Virus record (IMG/VR): IMGVR_UViG_3300027741_000020
DNA from: a virus
Strand: one strand, 5' to 3'
Length of the DNA: 64,000 nucleotides
The notes under the pieces are model-generated. The model saw nothing but the letters and a program-made list of their open reading frames with translations. It was not told where the DNA came from and did not search any database. Both the position numbers and the translations under genes were made by a program. Positions 10,180 through 20,796 of this stretch are shown one piece after another. How positions within the stretch are numbered: the first letter of the stretch is position 1; the number at the start of each line of letters is the position of its first letter.

Positions 10180-11063
10180 GGATAACATTCATTTATGCTT
10201 ACGATGGTGAGCAATGGTCTACTCCAATGGCTTTGGTTAATGAATTTAAAAATCGTGGTTGGGAAACCGATATAATCTCAATAGGTTCAAATAAAACGGG
10301 CATATACGATGACGCACAATTACAACTTTGGATTCAACAAGATTTGCCTACGGATATTGTATTATTTATGGATTGGGGCAGATTTGATTCTAAATGGTTG
10401 GATAAAAGTCTAAAACCAAACGCATTTTGGATACAAGAAAGTGGAGATGACCCACAAAACTTTGAAAGAAACTTTCCAAAATCAAATCGTTTTCATTTTA
10501 CAATTACACCAGACCACGATTCATATTTAGAATATAAAAGACGTGGTATAGATGCAGAATGGGTAACGCATTTTGCAGATACCGCAATTCAATATCCTAT
10601 GGGATTGGAGCCGGAATATGTTGCAGTTACCACTAGAGGATTTGGTAATTCTCAATTTTTAGATTATCTTACTCAATGGGCAGACGGAGCAATTGGCAAT
10701 CGTAATGGCATGAATGGGATTGAGCATACTGAATTTCTTAATAAAGGATTAATGGTTATACAAAATAGTCGATGGGGAGAAATTACTCGTAGAATATTTG
10801 AAGCTATGGCATGTGGTAAAATGGTTATAACAGATAAATTACCACCCAATAAAAAATTATCCGAAATGTTTATAGATGGTAAAGATATAATTTATTATGA
10901 GCCAAATGATATGTTTGGTTGTATAGAAAAGATGAATTATTACAATGAAAATGAGGAAGAACGTGAAATAATTGCACATAATGGAATGCAAAAAGTTTTA
11001 GAAAATTATACACAAGTTCAAATAGTTGATAAATTGATTGAAAAATATAAAAATTTTAAATAA
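10176..11063 (+). CDS. Glycosyltransferase (CgeB-like GT-B)
   Basis: RRIFEAMACG...IIYYE...IAHNG C-terminal pattern. Confidence 0.8.
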   Translation: MRITFIYAYDGEQWSTPMALVNEFKNRGWETDIISIGSNKTGIYDDAQLQLWIQQDLPTDIVLFMDWGRFDSKWLDKSLKPNAFWIQESGDDPQNFERNFPKSNRFHFTITPDHDSYLEYKRRGIDAEWVTHFADTAIQYPMGLEPEYVAVTTRGFGNSQFLDYLTQWADGAIGNRNGMNGIEHTEFLNKGLMVIQNSRWGEITRRIFEAMACGKMVITDKLPPNKKLSEMFIDGKDIIYYEPNDMFGCIEKMNYYNENEEEREIIAHNGMQKVLENYTQVQIVDKLIEKYKNFK

Positions 11064-11758
11064 TGCTAAAATATTTGAAACCGGTAGATGCTGGTTTAAA
11101 AATGAAAAGACTTGGTCCAAATGAAGATGGTGGATATGTTATGCCAGAATTGGTATTAGAAAAATGCTCATCCTTATTCACATATGGTATTGGAAATGAT
11201 GTTGGTTATGAAGTAGATTTTTTAAGAACATATGGTAAACCCGTATTTACGTTTGACCATACAATAGAATATCAATTACCTGATTTTTTAAACCACACAA
11301 AAGAAGGTCTTGGTTTTGAAAAAAATATGAATTGCTTTATAAATCATTATTTTGATAAAAAAATTAATCAACCCGTATTATTAAAAGTAGATATTGAGGG
11401 TGGTGAATATCCATATTTTTTAAATTCAGATATTGATATTATAGCCGATTTAACTGTTGGAGTATGTATAGAAGTTCATGGATTAGATACAGAAGAATGT
11501 AGAGTTGACTTTGTGAATATGATGGAAAAACTTTCTAAAAGATTTGAACTAGTACATACACATGGTAATACTTGGGGTGAAATCTTCAACTATAATGGGA
11601 TTGATATACTAAATGTTTATGAATTATCATTTATCAATAAAGAGTATATAACAACGGATATAAAGCCTATATCAATAGAATTTCCAATTGCGGGAATTGA
11701 TTATTCAAATAATAAATCAAAACCTGATTTTAAATTTAATTTTTTTAAAACTATATAA
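11063..11758 (+). CDS. FkbM-like SAM methyltransferase
   Basis: RLGPNEDGGY, YGIGND and LLKVDIEGGE motifs. Confidence 0.8.
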   Translation: MLKYLKPVDAGLKMKRLGPNEDGGYVMPELVLEKCSSLFTYGIGNDVGYEVDFLRTYGKPVFTFDHTIEYQLPDFLNHTKEGLGFEKNMNCFINHYFDKKINQPVLLKVDIEGGEYPYFLNSDIDIIADLTVGVCIEVHGLDTEECRVDFVNMMEKLSKRFELVHTHGNTWGEIFNYNGIDILNVYELSFINKEYITTDIKPISIEFPIAGIDYSNNKSKPDFKFNFFKTI

Positions 11759-11767
11759 TAAAAAGAT

Positions 11768-12520
11768 ATGCAAACAAAATTCGTAATATCATTAACGACT
11801 TTACCAAATAGAAATGATAGCTTAAAAGATAATTTAATTTCTCTTTTAAACCAGAATTATGATAATTTTGAAATTCAATTAAATGTACCAAAAGAATCAA
11901 AACTAAATGGAGAGTGGGGTATATTAAATATACCAAATAGCGATAAATTAAAAATATTTTGGGTTGAAGATATAGGAGCTATAACAAAACTTTATTATAC
12001 TCTACAAAGAACTAACGATAGGATAGTAACGGTTGATGATGATTTTATTTACCATCCAGATATGCTAAATGAATATAATATTTTAACACAAGTATTGCCT
12101 AATTCGGCTCTTGGGTTTGCAGGAATATACCCTACAGGAAATGAAACAACTGGTGATTTGGATTTTGTAGGGTGTCTAACTTCGGACTCATATATGACGG
12201 TTGGTGTATTGGAGGGTTATAAGTCGGTCTGTTATAAACCAGAATGGTTTGATTCTGAATTTTTCACAACATGGTATAGTAAGCACTATAATGATGACTT
12301 GATAATAAGTAGTTGGCTTGGGTATAAATCTATTGATAAATGTATAATACCATATTCGGAAGAGACGCATCACCAAAACAGAATGTTATCATTTCCATTA
12401 ATTAGACCATTAAATAACCCGCCATCAGGACAACATCATTTTCGCCAAAATGATGGTGGAAGCCCAATATCCTACAAAGCTTTTTACAATTCCGATTTAG
12501 GAAAATATATAAAAAAATAA
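11768..12520 (+). CDS. GT-A fold glycosyltransferase-like protein
   Basis: SLTTLPNR; VTVDDDFIY. Confidence 0.7.
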   Translation: MQTKFVISLTTLPNRNDSLKDNLISLLNQNYDNFEIQLNVPKESKLNGEWGILNIPNSDKLKIFWVEDIGAITKLYYTLQRTNDRIVTVDDDFIYHPDMLNEYNILTQVLPNSALGFAGIYPTGNETTGDLDFVGCLTSDSYMTVGVLEGYKSVCYKPEWFDSEFFTTWYSKHYNDDLIISSWLGYKSIDKCIIPYSEETHHQNRMLSFPLIRPLNNPPSGQHHFRQNDGGSPISYKAFYNSDLGKYIKK

Positions 12521-12523
12521 ATT

Positions 12524-13264
12524 ATGAAAAAACTACCAATTAGTATAGGAATATTGGCTTGGAAAAGCGGACAAACATTAGTAGATACATTGACAACTTA
12601 TTATCAAAATGGATTGTTTGAAGTAGCTAACGATATTACAATTTTATATCAGGAGTCTTCGGAGCAAGACTATGCAATAGCAAAACACTTTGGATTAGAT
12701 TCTATATGTTTGAATGATAATATTGGTATTGGCAAGGCATTTATTAAACTTACTAAGAATGCTCAAACCGATAATATTATGGTATTGGAGCATGATTGGA
12801 AACTAATTGAAGATAAAGAAACTACCTACCAACGATTACAAAGCGGTATTGGATTATTAGATAATGGATATAGTTGTGTGAGATATAGACATCGTAAAGA
12901 TCCAGGGTTTCCACACTTCTCATTCAAACACAAGGGACATGAATTGGATTATTATGATGATGAATTAGAATGTACATCGCCACACTTATTAGACTCTGTG
13001 CATTGGCTTAATCCTGCTGAATCTTTTCCCGATAAAATACAAACTGAAGGAGAATATTTTGTATCAACTTCTCGTTGGGGAAATTGGACAAACAACCCAT
13101 GTTTATATAAAAAAGAATTTTATTTGGATATTGTTTCCAATTTCGCAGGAGATGGCATTGCATTGGAGGGGAATATTAGTAGATGGTGGGCAAAGCAGGA
13201 ATATAAGGTAGCACACGGAGAAGGACTTTTTAAACACATAGATTTAGTAAAATATGGAAGATAA
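12524..13264 (+). CDS. GT-A fold glycosyltransferase-like protein
   Basis: MVLEHDW acidic motif; WTNNPCLY; context. Confidence 0.6.
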   Translation: MKKLPISIGILAWKSGQTLVDTLTTYYQNGLFEVANDITILYQESSEQDYAIAKHFGLDSICLNDNIGIGKAFIKLTKNAQTDNIMVLEHDWKLIEDKETTYQRLQSGIGLLDNGYSCVRYRHRKDPGFPHFSFKHKGHELDYYDDELECTSPHLLDSVHWLNPAESFPDKIQTEGEYFVSTSRWGNWTNNPCLYKKEFYLDIVSNFAGDGIALEGNISRWWAKQEYKVAHGEGLFKHIDLVKYGR

Positions 13265-13610
13265 TATGAACTATAAAGAACAACGTCCGTGGGGCGAATT
13301 TGAAAATTTATTAGATAGTAATTTATGTAAGGTAAAACGAATTATTATTAAACCAGGACAAGCACCTAGTTACCAATATCACTTTAAACGTAGCGAAGTA
13401 TGGACTATAGTTCAGGGAAGCGGCGAATTAAAATTAAATGATAGTATTATTCCTATACAATCCGGATATACATACCATATTGAAAAGGAGGCAAAACATC
13501 AAATTAAAAACACAGGTATTAATGATTTAATATTTATTGAAATTCAACTTGGTGAATATTTCGGTGAAGATGATATTGTTAGAATAGAAGATAATTATGG
13601 TAGAATATAA
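13254..13610 (+). CDS. Cupin, mannose-6-phosphate isomerase type II C-terminal-like
   Basis: RPWGEF, YQYHFKRSEVW, IEIQLGEYFGEDDIVR. Confidence 0.9.
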   Translation: MEDNMNYKEQRPWGEFENLLDSNLCKVKRIIIKPGQAPSYQYHFKRSEVWTIVQGSGELKLNDSIIPIQSGYTYHIEKEAKHQIKNTGINDLIFIEIQLGEYFGEDDIVRIEDNYGRI

Positions 13611-15135
13611 AGTTTTAATAACAACAAGTGGTCTTGGTAGTAGACTTGGTAATTTAACCGATTATACAAATAAATGCCTAATTAGAGTTGCAGATAAACC
13701 CGCTATATCATATATTGTAGAATCATATCCAATCAATACTGAATTTGTAATTACATTAGGGCATTATGGTTCTCATGTAAAACAATTTTTAGAATTAGCA
13801 TATCCAGATTATAATTTTACATTTGTAGAGATAGATAGATATAGCGGAGACGGTAGTAGCTTGGGTTATTCTATACTACAATGTAAGAATGAATTAAACA
13901 GCCCATTCATATTTCACGCATCCGATACCATTACTAAAGATTTTAATATACCCAGCTTAAATACAAATTGGGTAGCGGGTTCTTATAAGGAAGATTCATC
14001 ACAATATAGAACTTTAAATCTTAATCGTGGTGAATTGGTTAAAATAAATGAAAAGGGAGAAATTGGATATGATTTTTCATATATTGGAATGGTTGGTATA
14101 AAAGATTTTAAATTGTTTTTTGATAATTTAGAAACGTTAATAAACAACGGACATATTGATATATCCGATGTGCATGTTATAAATAATATGTTACCTGTAG
14201 TAGTCTTTCAATATAAAGAAGTTTCATATGGTAGTTGGTTTGATATAGGAAATACATCCGAATTAATTAAAACAAGAAAATCATTTAAAAGTAATATTGA
14301 AGTTTTGGATAAAAAGGATGAATCAATATTTTTCTTTGATGATTTTGTAATAAAGTTTTTCTCAAATTCAACTATTAATAAAAACAGAATAGAAAGAGCA
14401 AGCAAATTAAAAGGATTAGTACCGGAGGTTATTGGTAGTAGTGATAATTTTTATAAGTACAAAAAAGCAGAAGGTAGATTATTTTCAAAATCAGTTAATA
14501 CAAATAGTTTTTTAAAATTTTTAAATTGGACTAAAGATAATCTATGGGTATATAGTAACGATACAAATTTTAAAGATAAATGTTATAAATTTTATATAGA
14601 AAAAACAAAAGAAAGAATATCCAATTATTTAAAAGAAACTCCAGAATCTAACATTATTAACAATGAAAGTATTGCAGATGTTTATGATTTAATTGATATT
14701 TTAGATATAGATTGGTTGTGCAATGGAATACCTTCTCAATTTCATGGTGATTTTATATTAGATAATGTAATAGAAACAAATCGGGGATTTACATTAATTG
14801 ATTGGAGACAAGATTTTGCTGGAGATTTAGAAACTGGAGATGTTTATTATGATTTAGCAAAATTAAATCATAACTTAACAATTAACCATGATATAGTTAA
14901 TAAAAATTTATTTGGACATACATGCGATAATTGCTATATACTTACACACAGTACTTTAAATGAATGTAAAAAGTTATTACATACGTTTATAGAAGAAAAT
15001 GGATTTGATTTGCAAAAAGTAGAAATATTAACTTCTTTGATTTGGATTAATATGGCACCATTACACGAATATCCTTTTAATAATTTCCTATTTAATTTTG
15101 GAAAATATAATCTTCATAAAAATTTAAAAAAATGA
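13597..15135 (+). CDS. Nucleotidyltransferase fused to APH/choline-kinase-like phosphotransferase
   Basis: N-terminal TTSGLGSRLG...KCLI; C-terminal HGDFILDN, LIDWR, YDLAKL. Confidence 0.85.
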   Translation: MVEYKVLITTSGLGSRLGNLTDYTNKCLIRVADKPAISYIVESYPINTEFVITLGHYGSHVKQFLELAYPDYNFTFVEIDRYSGDGSSLGYSILQCKNELNSPFIFHASDTITKDFNIPSLNTNWVAGSYKEDSSQYRTLNLNRGELVKINEKGEIGYDFSYIGMVGIKDFKLFFDNLETLINNGHIDISDVHVINNMLPVVVFQYKEVSYGSWFDIGNTSELIKTRKSFKSNIEVLDKKDESIFFFDDFVIKFFSNSTINKNRIERASKLKGLVPEVIGSSDNFYKYKKAEGRLFSKSVNTNSFLKFLNWTKDNLWVYSNDTNFKDKCYKFYIEKTKERISNYLKETPESNIINNESIADVYDLIDILDIDWLCNGIPSQFHGDFILDNVIETNRGFTLIDWRQDFAGDLETGDVYYDLAKLNHNLTINHDIVNKNLFGHTCDNCYILTHSTLNECKKLLHTFIEENGFDLQKVEILTSLIWINMAPLHEYPFNNFLFNFGKYNLHKNLKK

Positions 15136-16106
15136 ATACAAAATATTTCATAGGCCCAATGTCTAAAAATATAGTTGATACTATAATTGAATTTTGTGAA
15201 GAAACTAATAATAGTATAGGATTTATCCCATCAAGACGTCAAATTGAATATAATGGTGGATATGTAAATAATTGGAAAACATCGGAATTTTGTGAATATG
15301 TTAAATCAAAAACTAATAAAATTATATTACAAAGAGATCACTCCGGCCCAGAGCAAGGACAGTGTTCGGATGACGGATATATTTCGTTAATGGATGATTG
15401 TAAATATTTTAATTTAATACACATTGACCCTTGGAAAAAATATCCTGCTTTCAATTTAGGAGTACAAGAAACTATTAAAATGATAGAATTTTGTTATGAA
15501 ATAAATCCTAATATCCAATACGAAGTAGGTACAGAAGAAGCTATTAGACGATTTGAACCATATGAATTAGCAGATTTAATGTATTGCCTCCAAGAAAGAT
15601 TATCACCAGAAATATTCAAACAAATAAAATATTTAGTAATTCAATCGGGCACATCATTAAAAGGAAATACTCAAACTGGTCATTATGATAATCAACGCTT
15701 AATTGAAATGATTGGTGTAGTTAAAAAATACAACCTACTATCTAAAGAACATAATGGAGATTACATTGATATTTCAACTATTAATGAGAAATTTAATTTT
15801 GGGTTAGACTGTATTAATATAGCTCCTGAGTTCGGTCTTATTGAAACAAAAACTTATTTGGCAAATATAAAAAATAGTAGTATATTTGAAAAGTATTGGC
15901 AAATATGCTATGATTCTAAAAAATGGGTAAAATGGGTAGATTCTAATTTTGACCCATATAAAAATAAAAAAGAACTTATAGAAATATGTGGGCATTACGT
16001 TTTATCAAATGAAAGATTTATTATCGAAGTTAAAAGTGATATGGTCGATATAGATTTTGAAATTAAAAAAAATATAAAAAACAAACTAATTCAGTTATAT
16101 GAATAA
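15132..16106 (+). CDS. GatZ/KbaZ-like (tagatose aldolase/epimerase family) TIM-barrel protein
   Basis: RDHSGP, IHIDP, YEVGTEE, KEHNGDY, NIAPEFG. Confidence 0.7.
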   Translation: MNTKYFIGPMSKNIVDTIIEFCEETNNSIGFIPSRRQIEYNGGYVNNWKTSEFCEYVKSKTNKIILQRDHSGPEQGQCSDDGYISLMDDCKYFNLIHIDPWKKYPAFNLGVQETIKMIEFCYEINPNIQYEVGTEEAIRRFEPYELADLMYCLQERLSPEIFKQIKYLVIQSGTSLKGNTQTGHYDNQRLIEMIGVVKKYNLLSKEHNGDYIDISTINEKFNFGLDCINIAPEFGLIETKTYLANIKNSSIFEKYWQICYDSKKWVKWVDSNFDPYKNKKELIEICGHYVLSNERFIIEVKSDMVDIDFEIKKNIKNKLIQLYE

Positions 16107-16458
16107 TAGACCTAAAACCATAATTTGCGATATTGATGGTACATTGGTTGAGCATGAAAACCCTACAAATAATACACCATATTCTAAAAAATTAAAGTTA
16201 TTGCCTGGAACCATAGAAAAATTTATTGAGTGGGATGCATCGGGATATAACATTATATTGATTACAGGAAGAAGGGAATCTATGAGAAACTCCACAGAAA
16301 AACAATTATCTGAATTAGGTATTTTTTATGATAGTTTAATTATGGGCATTGGTGGAGGTAATCGGATATTGATTAATGATAAAAAGCCGGATGGAGCCGA
16401 ATCAGCGTATGCGTTTAATATAGAAAGAAATACTGGAATTAAAAATATAAAAATATAA
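16099..16458 (+). CDS. HAD-family phosphatase
   Basis: IICDIDGTL; LITGR; INDK. Confidence 0.85.
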   Translation: MNNRPKTIICDIDGTLVEHENPTNNTPYSKKLKLLPGTIEKFIEWDASGYNIILITGRRESMRNSTEKQLSELGIFYDSLIMGIGGGNRILINDKKPDGAESAYAFNIERNTGIKNIKI

Positions 16459-16462
16459 AAAT

Positions 16463-17653
16463 ATGAAAAAAGTAGAAACACCAATACAATTATTTAAAGT
16501 TCATATGAATCCAAACGCAAAAGTAGAAGTTGGAAAAATATTGGATAGTGGGTATATTGGACAAGGACCAAAAGTAGAAGAGTTTGAATCAAACTTAAAA
16601 GAATATTTTAATTCAGATAAAGTAGTTACATTAAATTCAGGAACTTCCGGATTGCATTTAGCATTGCATTTATTAAAAAAACCATCAGCACGCGTATGGG
16701 CCGATGGATATTCTACACTCCATAAATTCTGGCCGGGTTTAAAAGATGGAGATGAAATACTATGTACTCCATTAACTTGTACGGCATCAAATTGGCCAGT
16801 ATTAGCAAATGGTTTAACGATTAAGTGGGTAGATATAGACCCTACAACATTGAATATGGATTTAGATGATTTGGAAAGAAAAATAGGTCCAAAAACAAAA
16901 GCAATTATAGTAGTTCATTGGGGCGGTTATCCGAATGATTTGGATAGATTAAAAGCTATACAAGAAAAATCAAAGCAAATATATGGATACGCACCGGCTA
17001 TTATTGAAGATGGTGCGCACTCATTTGGTTCGGAATATAAAGATAAGAAGTTAGGTAATCACGGTAATATGGTTATGTATAGCTTACAAGCTATTAAACA
17101 TATTACGGCAGTTGATGGTGGGCTATTAGTTTTACCACATCAAGAACTTTACAATAGAGCAAAGCTAATTCGTTGGTATGGTATTGATAGAGATGGTAAT
17201 AGAAAGGACTTCCGTTGTGAAGCAGATATTGAGGAATGGGGTTTTAAATTCCATATGAACGATGTTTGTGCAACGGTTGGTATTGAAAACCTAAAAGATG
17301 CTGAATGGATAATTGGTAAGCATCGAGATAACGCAAAATTCTATGACCAAAATTTAAAAGGAATTTATGGTGTTACTCTATTAGATAGACATAAAGGACA
17401 CGACTCGGCATTTTGGATATATTCTATGTTAGTTGAAAACCGCAATGGCTTTTACAAACATATGAAAGATTGTGGTATAGTTGTATCACAGGTACATGAA
17501 AGAAATGATAAGCATACTTGCGTTAAAGAATTTAGAAGCCATTTACCTAATTTAGAAAGGACTATTGGTAAAGTAGTATGTATACCAGTTGGTTGGTGGG
17601 TAACGGAAGAGCAAAGACAATATATTGTTGATTGTATTAAAAAAGGTTGGTAA
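16463..17653 (+). CDS. DegT/DnrJ/EryC1/StrS PLP aminotransferase
   Basis: NSGTSGL, IEDGAHS, SLQAIKHITAVDGG with catalytic Lys retained. Confidence 0.93.
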   Translation: MKKVETPIQLFKVHMNPNAKVEVGKILDSGYIGQGPKVEEFESNLKEYFNSDKVVTLNSGTSGLHLALHLLKKPSARVWADGYSTLHKFWPGLKDGDEILCTPLTCTASNWPVLANGLTIKWVDIDPTTLNMDLDDLERKIGPKTKAIIVVHWGGYPNDLDRLKAIQEKSKQIYGYAPAIIEDGAHSFGSEYKDKKLGNHGNMVMYSLQAIKHITAVDGGLLVLPHQELYNRAKLIRWYGIDRDGNRKDFRCEADIEEWGFKFHMNDVCATVGIENLKDAEWIIGKHRDNAKFYDQNLKGIYGVTLLDRHKGHDSAFWIYSMLVENRNGFYKHMKDCGIVVSQVHERNDKHTCVKEFRSHLPNLERTIGKVVCIPVGWWVTEEQRQYIVDCIKKGW

Positions 17654-17659
17654 AAATAA

Positions 17660-17691
17660 TTTGGTAATTTGATATATTTTACATATATTTG
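17660..17691 (+). promoter_or_regulatory. Bacteroidota-type promoter
   Basis: TTTG (17660-63), 20-nt spacer, TATATTTG (17684-91). Confidence 0.7.
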
Positions 17692-17705
17692 TTAAAATAA
17701 ACATA

Positions 17706-18641
17706 ATGAAAATTCAAAATGTTGGTATAGTTGGTATAGGCTCGTATGTTCCTGAAAAAATAGTATCAAATGAAAATATTGATTTCCTAAATATAGGAAC
17801 AAATTCGGATTGGACTTATAAAAATTTAGGAATAAAACAAAGACGAAATGTAGTGGATGAACTACCATCGGATTTGGCATACCATGCTTCAATTTCTGCA
17901 ATTACCGACTCGGGTATAAATAAGAATGATATTGATTTAATTATATTAGCAACCTCAAGTCCGGATAGAATATCGCCATCAACCGCATGTATATTAGCTA
18001 ATAAATTGGATATTAAATGTCCAGCATTTGATATTAATGCGGTATGTAGTGGATTCGTTTATGGAATACAATTAGCTACCAATTTAATTTCAACAAAACA
18101 ATATAAGAACATATTATTAGTTGGAGCAGATGCTTATTCTAAAATAACAGATTGGAATGATAGGAATTGTGTATTTTTTGGAGATGGCGCAGGCGCTGTG
18201 ATTATATCAAATGTGAATGGAGCTTGGATAAGTACGGATTTATATGGAGATGGCTCAGGTAAAGAAGGGTTTACATGCCATCATTCTTCAAAATTTTTAA
18301 TGAATGCAAGGGCAGTTTACGATATTGCAACGAAAGTTTTACCCGATGCAATAACGAAAGCATTACTTTCAAATAATTTATCATTAAATGATATTGATTG
18401 GATAGTACCACATCAGCCGGGACATAGAGTATTATTTAAAACATCCGAAATTTTAAATTTTCCAAATGATAAAGTTATATTCAATATGGGCAATTTTGGT
18501 AATACAGCAGGAGCATCAATCCCAATGGCATTAGATTGTTTATATAGAGAAAATAAATTAAAAAATGGAAACATATTAGTAATGCCAGCAGTAGGTTCTG
18601 GTTGGACATGGGGTGTAAGTGTTTTAAAATATATTAAATAG
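17706..18641 (+). CDS. fabH: 3-oxoacyl-ACP synthase III
   Basis: Cys-His-Asn triad in AVCSGF, PHQPG, GNTAGAS; FGDGAGA. Confidence 0.93.
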   Translation: MKIQNVGIVGIGSYVPEKIVSNENIDFLNIGTNSDWTYKNLGIKQRRNVVDELPSDLAYHASISAITDSGINKNDIDLIILATSSPDRISPSTACILANKLDIKCPAFDINAVCSGFVYGIQLATNLISTKQYKNILLVGADAYSKITDWNDRNCVFFGDGAGAVIISNVNGAWISTDLYGDGSGKEGFTCHHSSKFLMNARAVYDIATKVLPDAITKALLSNNLSLNDIDWIVPHQPGHRVLFKTSEILNFPNDKVIFNMGNFGNTAGASIPMALDCLYRENKLKNGNILVMPAVGSGWTWGVSVLKYIK

Positions 18642-18647
18642 TATAAT

Positions 18648-19292
18648 ATGAAAAAAATGGTTATATTTGGAGCTAGTGGTGGTTTAGGACAAAAGCTAAT
18701 TCCTCTATTAGAAAAAAAATATCAAATAATCCCAATCAGTAGTAGAGAAGTTGATATTACATCACTGGAGCAAACTAAAAAGTTTTTTAATTCCAATGAT
18801 ATTGATATTGTATTAAATATGAGTGGGAAAAAATATGATGTATTCTTGAGTAAGATAGATGCGGCCGATATCAATGAAATTGATTCTATGATGGATGTTA
18901 ATATGAAAGGTAATATTAACATATTGGCAGGATGTCTTCCCAAAATGATTGAAAAAAAATACGGTAGAGTAATTGCAATATCTTCGGTTTTTTCAGAACT
19001 AAATGTACCAAAAAATTCAATCTATTGCGCTTCAAAGGCATTTGTAGATAGATTGATAGCAACCGCAAATAAAGAAAATATTAAGTATGGTATAACTTGT
19101 AATACAATTCAGCTAGGATATTGGGATGGTGGCATGTGTTATAGAGTTGAAAAAAAATATCAAGAAATGGCAAAGGATAAAATTGGACTAAAACGCTGGG
19201 GATCTATGGAAGAATTATATAATACTATCAATTTTATAATTGAAAACGAATATATTTGTGGAACTAATTTAAGAATAGACGGAGGACTTTAA
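18648..19292 (+). CDS. Short-chain dehydrogenase/reductase (FabG-like)
   Basis: GASGGLG; YCASK (YxxxK); final IDGGL. Confidence 0.9.
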   Translation: MKKMVIFGASGGLGQKLIPLLEKKYQIIPISSREVDITSLEQTKKFFNSNDIDIVLNMSGKKYDVFLSKIDAADINEIDSMMDVNMKGNINILAGCLPKMIEKKYGRVIAISSVFSELNVPKNSIYCASKAFVDRLIATANKENIKYGITCNTIQLGYWDGGMCYRVEKKYQEMAKDKIGLKRWGSMEELYNTINFIIENEYICGTNLRIDGGL

Positions 19293-19293
19293 A

Positions 19294-19872
19294 ATGTATA
19301 TACACAAAGAGGGAATCGCATTACGAAAGCTTGAAAGAGAAGACTTACCACTATTAAAGGAACTTAAAAATGAATCGTGGTTTGGTACTCATAATATTAA
19401 TTTTCTAAATGATTTAGACCAGCAACGTTGGTTTGAATCTTTAAATAGCAAAACTCATTTAATTTTAATTGGTATTGAAGCTTCATCGGATGAACGAGTT
19501 GGGTTGTATAAGATTCAAAACATTGATTGGTATAACAGGACATATGATTCATCGCACGATGTATTCAAATCACATAGAGGTAAGGGCTTTTCAAAACCAG
19601 TTTTATGCGCCGGTACTGATTTTGCGTTTGAAGTTTTAAATATGAATAGAATTGACGGGCAAGTATTAGAGAATAACATAGCTAGTATGAAATCAGCGGA
19701 GTATGTTGGCTTTACAAAAGAGGGAGTTAGAAGAAAATCAATATACAAATGTGGAGAATGGCTTGATAGTATTCACATTGGATTGTTGAAAAGCGATTGG
19801 GAAAAATTGGATAGAATCAAAGGATATGGTGGTATATGTAATGTTTCATATACTCCTAAAAATAATAAATAA
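19294..19872 (+). CDS. GNAT N-acyltransferase (RimJ/RimL-like)
   Basis: HRGKGFS; ENNIASMKSAEYVGFTKEG. Confidence 0.85.
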   Translation: MYIHKEGIALRKLEREDLPLLKELKNESWFGTHNINFLNDLDQQRWFESLNSKTHLILIGIEASSDERVGLYKIQNIDWYNRTYDSSHDVFKSHRGKGFSKPVLCAGTDFAFEVLNMNRIDGQVLENNIASMKSAEYVGFTKEGVRRKSIYKCGEWLDSIHIGLLKSDWEKLDRIKGYGGICNVSYTPKNNK

Positions 19873-20796
19873 ATGAAAAAACTTTTAATAATTGGTGGGA
19901 GTGGCTATATTGGAACCCGACTAATAGAAGATTATCGTAATCGGTATGATATAACAAATGTGGATTTATGCTGGTTCAGCGATGTGCCAGATGGGTGTCA
20001 TACTATTGATTACAATGAATTGCAAGAATCAACAATACATAAGTTTGATGTTGTAATTTTATTAGCAGCTCATTCTAGCGTAAAGATGTGCGAAGGTAAT
20101 CCGCAATATAGCTTTAATAACAATGTAAGAAACTTCGTTAATCTTTTACCTAAGCTTTCAAAGAAACAAAAGTTTATATATGCAAGTAGTTCTTCTGTTT
20201 ATGGAAATGTTGCGGATAAATGCGTAAATGAAAGTTTTACAAACTTTGTACAACACAACCACTACGATACCACAAAATATATTATAGATTTATATGCAAA
20301 TCTATATGATATTGAATATTACGGATTACGATTTGGTACAGTTAATGGCGCAGCATCTCACATAAGAAACGATGTTATGTTAAATTCAATGACTTACAGT
20401 GCCTTAAATAAAGGAGAAATACAATTATACATTAAAGATATAATAAGGCCTATTCTTGGTATAAGTGATTTATCAAGAGCAATTCAAAAAATAATAGAAA
20501 CGACTGAAGATTGCAGGGGAATTTATAATTTGGCATCATTTAATAGTACCGCTGAAAAACTTGCATATATGGTTGGCAAGATTACAGGAGTAAAGGTATT
20601 GGATTATAATTCCGACCCAAGTGCAACGGGAGATATTAAACCTAAATACTATAATTTTTCTATAAATTCCGAAAAGTTTTCAGAAACATTTAACTATAAA
20701 TTTCAAGAAACACCGGAAAGTATAGTTTTAGAATTAATAGAAACAAATAATAAATCAAAATTTACAAATAGAAACAATATAAAACATTATGTTTAA
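19873..20796 (+). CDS. NAD-dependent epimerase/dehydratase (extended SDR)
   Basis: GGSGYIG; ASSSSVYG; YDTTK; LRFGTV. Confidence 0.9.
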   Translation: MKKLLIIGGSGYIGTRLIEDYRNRYDITNVDLCWFSDVPDGCHTIDYNELQESTIHKFDVVILLAAHSSVKMCEGNPQYSFNNNVRNFVNLLPKLSKKQKFIYASSSSVYGNVADKCVNESFTNFVQHNHYDTTKYIIDLYANLYDIEYYGLRFGTVNGAASHIRNDVMLNSMTYSALNKGEIQLYIKDIIRPILGISDLSRAIQKIIETTEDCRGIYNLASFNSTAEKLAYMVGKITGVKVLDYNSDPSATGDIKPKYYNFSINSEKFSETFNYKFQETPESIVLELIETNNKSKFTNRNNIKHYV

